IMG/VR virus record: IMGVR_UViG_3300029696_000106 | Location: 64,001-83,819 of that record | DNA: 19,819 bases | Strand: one strand, 5' to 3' | From: a virus | Lineage: Duplodnaviria > Heunggongvirae > Uroviricota > Caudoviricetes | In this document: one piece after another, positions 8,808 to 15,196 of the stretch | How the letters are laid out: each line of letters starts with the position of its first letter | Position numbering within the stretch: the stretch's first letter is position 1 | Made by a program: the position numbers and the translations under genes | Notes under the pieces: generated by a model | Databases searched by the model: none | The model's input: the letters and a program-made list of their open reading frames with translations, nothing else | Told to the model about the DNA's origin: nothing

Positions 8808-8836
8808 ACTATATCATAAAAAATACAATGAGTAAA
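8808..8836 (-). promoter_or_regulatory. Putative sigma-A extended -10 promoter
   Basis: TTTACT-17 bp-TATAGT with TGn directly before the -10. Confidence 0.45.
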
Positions 8837-9047
8837 TAGGATTCGGCAAATTTTGTAGGATAAAGCAGAAACAAGTCTTTTCTTTGTGCATTATGTCTAT
8901 TCAATGTTTCCCAGAATGATAGAAATCCGAATAAACCTCCTCTGCTACAGATTCTGGTTGCTTAGTAATAACCCTAATATGTCATAATTTTTAGACGTCT
9001 GCGTGATGTAAAGACGCTCTAGTGCCTCCTTTGTAAACCCGGATAAC

Positions 9048-9109
9048 AAAAAAGCCGAGGCAGACCTAAGACGACCCATTCTAAGGTCATCCAAAGTCTA
9101 CCTCGGCTT
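9048..9109 (-). terminator. Long-stem terminator/attenuator H3
   Basis: AAGCCGAGGTAGAC / GTCTGCCTCGGCTT outer stem and GATGACC / GGTCGTC inner stem (G-U pairs on minus strand), then U tract. Confidence 0.7.
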
Positions 9110-9219
9110 ACCACGCACACTACGCTTTTGGCGTATTCGGGCAGCACCTACAGGCAAGTGTAAATTCAATCAGGCTGACTCACACGTCCTGCGGTGAGTC
9201 AAGCGGTTACAGCGAACAG

Positions 9220-9432
9220 TCACATCCTGTACTGTTCCATCTTATCCTCGAAGTTCAGGCTCGGACCTGTGCAACACTGTGTTGCAAAATCATCCAGATA
9301 TTCGTATCCTTGCAGCTTCCCATTCTTTACATACGCCACAGCCTTTCGACCATTAACGACTGCACGGGTCGCAAGCAGGACGCGCTTCCCTTTCGATGTG
9401 TAAATCCCACACTTAGAAATCATTTTAATCAT
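9220..9432 (-). CDS. Small hypothetical protein with basic N-terminal half (70 aa; alternative start 9423)
   Basis: AAGGGGAG RBS, 16 bp after the upstream stop, co-oriented. Confidence 0.65.
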   Translation of the reverse strand: MIKMISKCGIYTSKGKRVLLATRAVVNGRKAVAYVKNGKLQGYEYLDDFATQCCTGPSLNFEDKMEQYRM

Positions 9433-9448
9433 CTCCCCTTCTTATTTC

Positions 9449-10210
9449 TCAAGCCTCAGCATCTTTCCAAATAGATGTAATCGGTTTGCCAATTTGTTCC
9501 TCGACAATTTTTCGTATCTCTGGATGTTTCTTCATATAAAGAAGCACCTGTTTATCTCTTTCCATATATTCATCGCATACAGGATCTTCGTCATCCCCAT
9601 ATAAATCTCCAACATCATCAGTGTCGCCAAGTTCCATCCCCATTTTAAGCACCTCTGCCAATTCACCACAGTGTATAGCTGCATTCACGGTACTGCATAC
9701 CGATTCTACCGCTAACTTTTTAGCAAGATTGTCCAAACCAAGTACCTGCTGTGTGTAAATATAAGGTGTAAGATTTTCAGCATAGCAATCAATCATACGA
9801 TGACAATACTCTAATTTTTCTCTTGCAGACAGCTGAAACATCATATCTAACGACTGTGCTACACCAATAATATCTGCCTCACTGTATCCTTTTTGTGACA
9901 AGTAGTCAATGAAGTACTGGATGAAATCATGTACTTCATTAAGAGTTAGACTTCCATCCTTATCTTCCCAAATTTTATGTGACAGACCTTCTTCACGAGC
10001 AAGCTGTACGAGTATGATTTTAACAAATTCTTTTTCTTCATTGGGAAACTCAATTTTTCCTTTTCCCATGAAGAGTGTTTCCATATCTCCACCGCACCGC
10101 TGAATCAGCTTCGTAAATTTTCTCCACAGCTTTTTTTCTGCAGAATCCATGTTTTCAAATGGAAGTTCTTCCTTTACAACCTCTTTTATAATTTGTCTTA
10201 AAGAAATCAT
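9449..10210 (-). CDS. Hypothetical 253-aa helical protein, first gene of the leftward transcript
   Basis: Long ORF in AT-rich DNA, AAAGGAG RBS, TGA-TATAAT upstream; no family recognised. Confidence 0.85.
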   Translation of the reverse strand: MISLRQIIKEVVKEELPFENMDSAEKKLWRKFTKLIQRCGGDMETLFMGKGKIEFPNEEKEFVKIILVQLAREEGLSHKIWEDKDGSLTLNEVHDFIQYFIDYLSQKGYSEADIIGVAQSLDMMFQLSAREKLEYCHRMIDCYAENLTPYIYTQQVLGLDNLAKKLAVESVCSTVNAAIHCGELAEVLKMGMELGDTDDVGDLYGDDEDPVCDEYMERDKQVLLYMKKHPEIRKIVEEQIGKPITSIWKDAEA

Positions 10211-10241
10211 AGAATTGTTCTCCTTTCAAATTGTTGGCTCC

Positions 10242-10296
10242 ATTATATCACTTATAGACTCCAAAACCTGGACATCCAAAGCCTATAAGATGTCCA
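10242..10296 (-). promoter_or_regulatory. Extended -10 promoter with upstream inverted repeat
   Basis: TGA-TATAAT (10250-10242); TGGACATC-N12-GATGTCCA (10269-10296). Confidence 0.55.
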
Positions 10297-10343
10297 ATTT
10301 TATGGAATACTACCTGTAATTCCAGAGGACTTCAACTCACCCC

Positions 10344-10372
10344 TTGACTTCAACAACTTTCTATTGTATTAT
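10344..10372 (+). promoter_or_regulatory. Promoter for repressor operon
   Basis: TTGACT-17 bp-TATTAT, followed by the operator-like GGAACAGGAGTTCC. Confidence 0.65.
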
Positions 10373-10402
10373 AGGAACAGGAGTTCCCGAACCTTTGTTC
10401 TT

Positions 10403-10431
10403 AGTATATAGGAACAGCTGTTCCTTGTCAA
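10403..10431 (-). promoter_or_regulatory. Near-consensus leftward promoter with operator in the spacer
   Basis: TTGACA-17 bp-TATACT on the minus strand; perfect palindrome GGAACAGCTGTTCC (10411-10424) fills the spacer. Confidence 0.75.
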
Positions 10432-10510
10432 GTAGCTTTACAAAATTATGTTGTAAATGTTGGTGCTTTCCCTCCAACAGACAACAGGTTATCCCACATG
10501 GAGGCATGAC

Positions 10511-11020
10511 ATGAAAAAAGAAACGAACTTTGAAACCAGTCCACTTAACACACAGGATGCCAAGGCAGAGGCCGCCACTACTCTGGCTCCTGACGCAACC
10601 AACGGAGATAAAATAAAAGCCCTCCGCACCGCCCAGCACATGAGTATGGCTGAACTGGCACGTCGGGCTTCTATGTCAGACCGTGCGATCCGCTATATTG
10701 AATCCAACCAGCGTGAACCAAGCGTAGATGCAATCCAGAAGATTGCCGCAGCTCTTGGAGTCACCACTGATTACTTTATGGATGATGCCACTTTCCAGCA
10801 GGAACTCAACGATGACCTCTTCTATGCGGATGTACGAAAAAAGTATGGCTCCCGTGGTGTTGCACAGGCAAAAAAAATAAAAGAACAGACCACAGCCCTG
10901 TTTGCAGGCGGTGAACTGTCCGAAGAAGATCAAGCGGCATTTATCAAAGAAATGGAAGCACTTTTCCTCGATGCAAAAGCTGATGCGAAGAAATTTACTC
11001 CCAAAAAATATCTGCGGTAA
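10511..11020 (+). CDS. XRE-family repressor (ImmR-like)
   Basis: GDKIKALRTAQHMSMAELARRASMSDRAIRYIESNQREPSVDAIQKIAAALGVTTDYFM; C-terminal AKKFTPKKY as in ImmR-like repressors; ATG at 10511 after GGAGG; directly upstream of the peptidase. Confidence 0.9.
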   Translation: MKKETNFETSPLNTQDAKAEAATTLAPDATNGDKIKALRTAQHMSMAELARRASMSDRAIRYIESNQREPSVDAIQKIAAALGVTTDYFMDDATFQQELNDDLFYADVRKKYGSRGVAQAKKIKEQTTALFAGGELSEEDQAAFIKEMEALFLDAKADAKKFTPKKYLR

Positions 11021-11055
11021 AGAGTCACATTTACTCCGGAGGAAAGGAGTCTACT

Positions 11056-11715
11056 TTGAACACACGCATAATTGATACCGCCGATGCTGTGGTTCGCCGC
11101 TATAAGACCCGAAATCCAGAAGATATCATCTCACAACGGGCTATCAAATTGAAAGACATCCGTTTTTGCCACGACCTTCTGGGTTACTATACCGTCCTGC
11201 TGAACTGCGAATATATCGGCATCAATCCGAATTGTACAGCTGCCCAGCGTATATCTGCTCTGGCTCATGAACTGGGACACGCACTGTTTGACCGAAAGCA
11301 TGCCAGCTCCGGTCAGGCATTTCAAGACACCTATTTTTATAGTCTGGACAACTCCAAGGCAGAAAGACGAGCAAATATCTTCGCTTCCGAACTGCTTCTG
11401 TCGGACGATGATATTCTTAAACCGATTGGCTATTACGAATTCAATGCCGACCGGATTCATTTGGAGACAAATATGCCATCCCACGCATCTGCAGCTTACC
11501 GGGCGATGAAGTATCAGGAACTTCTACAGGAATTCCTGTATACACACGGTAATGTACTCACCCCAGCTGAGATCGCCCAGAAAATCGAAATTGAAAAACA
11601 CTTCGTAGATTTTAAGCTGAACATCCTCGCGGCAAAAGGATATCAGCTGCCAGTTCTTCCTGAACTCCACAATGATTTTCTGAAAGACTCCATGAAGAAT
11701 AGCGAGGTGAAATGA
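11056..11715 (+). CDS. ImmA/IrrE-family metallo-endopeptidase (anti-repressor)
   Basis: YKTRNP, AHELGHALF (HEXXH), ERRANIFASELLL; TTG start after AAAGGAG. Confidence 0.92.
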   Translation: MNTRIIDTADAVVRRYKTRNPEDIISQRAIKLKDIRFCHDLLGYYTVLLNCEYIGINPNCTAAQRISALAHELGHALFDRKHASSGQAFQDTYFYSLDNSKAERRANIFASELLLSDDDILKPIGYYEFNADRIHLETNMPSHASAAYRAMKYQELLQEFLYTHGNVLTPAEIAQKIEIEKHFVDFKLNILAAKGYQLPVLPELHNDFLKDSMKNSEVK

Positions 11716-11716
11716 G

Positions 11717-11887
11717 GTGAACTACTATTACTGCGATACCTGCCACTACTGTTTCTCTGCCGAGAAGTTCCCTGACCGTTGCCCTGATTGCGGTGCAATA
11801 GAATATAACGATCACGCAGCAGTACGGCAGGCAACAGATACCGAAGTAAAAGAACTGCTCAGAATTCGGGCAGAAGATAACGACTGA
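11717..11887 (+). CDS. Small rubredoxin-like/zinc-ribbon protein, 56 aa (not in ORF track)
   Basis: GTG after GAGGTGA, 1 bp after the peptidase stop: MNYYYCDTCHYCFSAEKFPDRCPDCGAIEYNDHAAVRQATDTEVKELLRIRAEDND; two CxxC knuckles; fills the intergenic gap. Confidence 0.8.
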   Translation: MNYYYCDTCHYCFSAEKFPDRCPDCGAIEYNDHAAVRQATDTEVKELLRIRAEDND

Positions 11888-11903
11888 AAGGAGAACACAC
11901 ATA

Positions 11904-12089
11904 ATGAAAGCACATAAATATTGGTCACTCGGAGCACTTGCCTGCATGGCAGGATGCTTCTACACAGGCTGCAAGAAGCTGATGCAGGCTCATAAGTATT
12001 TCGCTTGTGGCTCTCTAGTCTGCATGGGCATGGCAATCTACTCCGGCCACAAAATTGCTCCGAAGAAGAAAAAAGCTGAAGAAAAGTAA
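11904..12089 (+). CDS. Small two-helix membrane protein (DUF6219-like)
   Basis: AAAGGAG RBS; two AHKY(W/F)-initiated hydrophobic repeats and a Lys-rich tail. Family name from recall. Confidence 0.75.
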   Translation: MKAHKYWSLGALACMAGCFYTGCKKLMQAHKYFACGSLVCMGMAIYSGHKIAPKKKKAEEK

Positions 12090-12105
12090 TTCTATACGAG
12101 CATCA

Positions 12106-12147
12106 CCCTCACTGTGTACATACACCGCAGTGAGGGATTTTTATTTT
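12106..12147 (+). terminator. Intrinsic terminator of repressor operon
   Basis: CCCTCACTGTG-N9-CGCAGTGAGGG then ATTTTTATTTT. Confidence 0.75.
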
Positions 12148-12163
12148 CATTTCAAACTATATG
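12140..12163. repeat. 24-bp direct repeat, copy 1
   Basis: TTTATTTTCATTTCAAACTATATG; 23/24 identical to 15138-15161. Confidence 0.8.
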
Positions 12164-12176
12164 GAACTGATCGTGC

Positions 12177-12533
12177 TTACTTCATTGCTTCCATCATAAG
12201 CCTGATTCCGACTTTCATGCCTTCCTCAAAAGCAGTCTTCTCCCATGCACAGCACACACTGCCTTGCTGGTCCATGATTTTTTCCCAAAGCGGAATGTCT
12301 ATTCCGTAGTCCTCAACCATCTCATCCATCCTCGGCAAGCCTCGAAGCCATGTTTCCAGTTCCTTTTCTTTTTCCTTTGCGGCTTTCCCGGCCACTGTAT
12401 TCTCCGGCGCAATGCTGTTATTTTCTGTGTAATGCTCATACACCAGATCCAGCAAGTTCTCCACTGGCGGATAATACTTCGGTTTCGTTTTCTCTAAGTA
12501 TTCCTCTAGCATCTCTTTCAGTTTTTCTATAAT
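12177..12533 (-). CDS. Hypothetical helical protein (start uncertain: ATT 12533, ATG 12512 or TTG 12560)
   Basis: Protein-like ORF ending EKTAFEEGMKVGIRLMME; best RBS (AGGAAGGTAGG) precedes ATT ATA. Confidence 0.75.
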   Translation of the reverse strand: MIEKLKEMLEEYLEKTKPKYYPPVENLLDLVYEHYTENNSIAPENTVAGKAAKEKEKELETWLRGLPRMDEMVEDYGIDIPLWEKIMDQQGSVCCAWEKTAFEEGMKVGIRLMMEAMK

Positions 12534-12587
12534 GCTACCTACCTTCCTAACCGTGAGCAATACATTCTGCCCCTTGGTTAGGATGGA

Positions 12588-12616
12588 TATTACCTCACAG
12601 TTCTATACATAGCAAC
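12588..12616 (-). promoter_or_regulatory. Putative promoter
   Basis: TTGCTA-17 bp-TAATAT on the minus strand. Confidence 0.45.
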
Positions 12617-12624
12617 TGAATTTT

Positions 12625-13428
12625 TCATTGCTTACCAGTATTTTGCTTCGGGTGCTTCATCTTTTCCTTCACTTCGTCTGGCACATCGATCAGCCCGAAC
12701 CGGTAGAACATTCCGAATATGTAAGTTACGCCCCGGATATCGCCCAGAGCTTTCGGGCGATCTACCACTTCTCCTTTTATATTCCCCAGTGCAAGCAATA
12801 CCGAACTCCACGTCAGGCTCTTACTGCTTTCTCGACGATCGATCCACAGCTCCTTGGTCAGTTCCCCATTCCGCCCGGTCTTGATCTTATAGGAAAACGG
12901 CAATCCAGATATCGTCTTGAACCGGTATCCTTGAAAAACAACGACGCACTTCCAGAGATGCTGTTCATCATGACTGCTCTGCAACGCTTCAACTGCTTTC
13001 TTCCTCTGTCGCATTCGTCGAAGCCCCTCTGCCACAACGCTGATCTGCTCCCTCTCGCAGTTTTCTCTGAAATACACGCCTTTCTTATAAGGTAAGTAAG
13101 AAGTCACTGATGCTTTTGACAAATTCAGTTCCGCTGCCACCACTTCCAATGCTTCTTTATAAGGCATCCCCTGTTTTTCCTCAAAAGCAGAATTCACCGC
13201 ATCCGCAATTTCTGATTCATAAACACCGGCCGTGATCAATAGCTTTCGCACCTTGATGGGATTGAGAGATAATGTGTCTGCGATTGTCTGAAGGGAGTTA
13301 TCTTCTTCGTAGAGGACCACGGCGGCCTGTATCTGCTCCTGCAGGATAGCTGCCGCATTATAGTCCGGCTTCAACGGTTTCCGGCCAGCACCGGGTTTTC
13401 TTGGTTTATATGGTCTTTTATCTCCCAC
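12625..13428 (-). CDS. Hypothetical protein with N-terminal HTH-like segments
   Basis: GTG at 13428 after GAGGTG; SLQTIADTLSLNPIKVRKLL and VAAELNLSKASVTSYLPY look HTH-like. Confidence 0.8.
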   Translation of the reverse strand: MGDKRPYKPRKPGAGRKPLKPDYNAAAILQEQIQAAVVLYEEDNSLQTIADTLSLNPIKVRKLLITAGVYESEIADAVNSAFEEKQGMPYKEALEVVAAELNLSKASVTSYLPYKKGVYFRENCEREQISVVAEGLRRMRQRKKAVEALQSSHDEQHLWKCVVVFQGYRFKTISGLPFSYKIKTGRNGELTKELWIDRRESSKSLTWSSVLLALGNIKGEVVDRPKALGDIRGVTYIFGMFYRFGLIDVPDEVKEKMKHPKQNTGKQ

Positions 13429-13452
13429 CGAACACCTCACTCTTTTATATTT

Positions 13453-14577
13453 TTACGCTAATATACCATATTTAGAAAATAGCCCTTCAAAAAAAGCACG
13501 CACTTTTCTTTTTCCAATAGCAGGATCATATAATTCTTTTGCCCCAAATCTATAGACGTCATAACCAGCCAAACTCATTTCCCGTTGTGCAGCCATCATA
13601 TCAGCATATTTATCAACTGATGCATAATGTTTCTTATTTCCCGCAACATAATCCGCATAGTGTTGCACCCCATCAATCTCAATAACTACTCTTTGTGATT
13701 CAGAAAAAAGCATAAGGAAATCCATGCGCTGATGTTCAAAAATCTTTTTAATTCTATCTTTTTGCAACTTTGGATCGTAGTACAGCCACACCTGTGGAAA
13801 TAATGCCGGTAGTTTTCCATCTTTCTCTGCTGCCAGTTCTAAATATGTATTAAAAAACAACTGTTCCATTGGAGAATCCCCTAATGAATTTCCCATAAAC
13901 GTCACCATATCTGTTCCTGTATCCAGCATATATAGTCCATTATCATACCAGTCTTGAAGTTCTTTCCATGTGATTCCGTGTTCCCCAATTGGTTCATCAT
14001 ATACAAGACATTTATCCGCATTATTTACAATAGTCACATCGTTATTAAGCGCATCTGACAAAACAATTTCCGGTTTATATTTAGATGCAAAAATAATGTT
14101 TTTCAACTGCCCATTTACTCCTGGATTCAAAGGAACCACGCTATATATTGGCATATTGGCAACCGTGCTTGTTTGTTTAAGTTCAAGTCCATCTGATGTC
14201 AAATATTTATTAATTGCTTCAACACAGACATCATTACTAAAAGGAATTTTTTCGAGTTCATCGTTAATTTGAAATCTCCTAATTGATGGATGTACATACT
14301 GTGCCAAAAAGTATTTAAAATCTTCATCATCAATTTTCAAAAAATCAAGATATGAATAAAAGAGTTCTTCAAACCCCCAATCGTTATTTCGATCCATGTG
14401 TTGCCGAATATCATCTATAGCCGTCGTCATTCCAAACCTGTAATCCGTCGTAGGCAGGTTATTGGCTTTAGGATATACTTTTCGCACAAACTCAGCAACT
14501 CCCATCTGTCCCGTGACACAGCCAATCATCAACAACTCATCTATTATCATCTGTCTTGTCGATTCCTGAATGTTCAT
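13453..14577 (-). CDS. AbiJ-related protein: AbiJ_NTD3-like N-terminus plus Vsr/DUF559-like endonuclease C-terminus (candidate anti-phage)
   Basis: PTTDYRF...DIRQHMDRNNDW...FLAQYVHP N-domain; SPME...PQV...RMDFL...IEIDGVQHY...GYDVYRF nuclease motifs; visibly AT-rich; AAGGAG RBS. Confidence 0.8.
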   Translation of the reverse strand: MNIQESTRQMIIDELLMIGCVTGQMGVAEFVRKVYPKANNLPTTDYRFGMTTAIDDIRQHMDRNNDWGFEELFYSYLDFLKIDDEDFKYFLAQYVHPSIRRFQINDELEKIPFSNDVCVEAINKYLTSDGLELKQTSTVANMPIYSVVPLNPGVNGQLKNIIFASKYKPEIVLSDALNNDVTIVNNADKCLVYDEPIGEHGITWKELQDWYDNGLYMLDTGTDMVTFMGNSLGDSPMEQLFFNTYLELAAEKDGKLPALFPQVWLYYDPKLQKDRIKKIFEHQRMDFLMLFSESQRVVIEIDGVQHYADYVAGNKKHYASVDKYADMMAAQREMSLAGYDVYRFGAKELYDPAIGKRKVRAFFEGLFSKYGILA

Positions 14578-14597
14578 AAATGTTCTCCTTGTGTAAT

Positions 14598-15122
14598 TTA
14601 GTTTTCTTTTACAAGTATATCAGAAAGATATATTGCCTTTCTATCCTTTTCTGAAACAATGTATTCCCCGGCAGGCCACGGCTCACCTTCCCAGACAAAA
14701 TCTGAATCATACCGCACAGCCTTGGCAGCTTCACCGCAGAAATCATTATCCACACACCACTGCATCAGGGTGTCATCTTCCAACGTCAGATACCCATGAG
14801 CAAAGCCTCGTGGTATATACATCTGCTTCCGGTTTTCAAACGACAACACCGCACTGTATGCGTGACCGAAGGTTTCTCCTGGGCGCAGATCCACAGCCAC
14901 ATTAAAGATTGAGCCATGCAAGCAGGACACCAGCTTCGCCTGGGCGTGTTCCCCTTCCTGAAAATGCAGACCACGCAGCGTGAACGCTTTCTTACTGTAT
15001 CCCTGGTTGATCTGACAGATTTTGAAGTCCACCGACTTGTCGTATGGCACAGCTAAGTAACCACGAAAATCTTCAAATGCCGGGACCTTGAGTATTATTG
15101 GCTTTGTCTGTTTTGTATCCAT
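14598..15122 (-). CDS. rfbC: dTDP-4-dehydrorhamnose 3,5-epimerase family (RmlC-like cupin), divergent
   Basis: DFRGY, TLRGLHFQ, QAKLVSCLHGSIFNVAVDLR, YIPRGFAHGY, SEKD motifs. Confidence 0.85.
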   Translation of the reverse strand: MDTKQTKPIILKVPAFEDFRGYLAVPYDKSVDFKICQINQGYSKKAFTLRGLHFQEGEHAQAKLVSCLHGSIFNVAVDLRPGETFGHAYSAVLSFENRKQMYIPRGFAHGYLTLEDDTLMQWCVDNDFCGEAAKAVRYDSDFVWEGEPWPAGEYIVSEKDRKAIYLSDILVKEN

Positions 15123-15137
15123 TGTTGTACCTCTTTC

Positions 15138-15161
15138 TTTATTTTCGTTTCAAACTATATG
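15138..15161. repeat. 24-bp direct repeat, copy 2
   Basis: TTTATTTTCGTTTCAAACTATATG; 23/24 identical to 12140-12163. Confidence 0.8.
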
Positions 15162-15170
15162 TTTTTAAGG

Positions 15171-15196
15171 AAAACACAGGGTGTTCTTCCCTGTGT
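15171..15196 (-). terminator. Intrinsic terminator of AraC gene
   Basis: ACACAGGG-N7-CCCTGTGT then TTT at the stop codon. Confidence 0.55.

Larger units (their letters stand above)
1..12163. mobile_element. Arm of a prophage/ICE-like integrated element (phage-type replication module plus ImmR/ImmA-like immunity region); left end outside window
   Basis: PolA, DUF2815, DUF2800, DUF932 and sigma-r4 genes co-oriented, divergent from an XRE + HEXXH peptidase pair. Right boundary is a guess at the 24-bp repeat. No integrase or structural genes for this element in the window. Confidence 0.65.

Noticed and set aside
7599..9109. H1-H3 as a MITE/REP family or known riboswitch
   Set aside because: Stem sequences differ from each other, no target duplications seen, and no T-box or riboswitch consensus recognised by eye.
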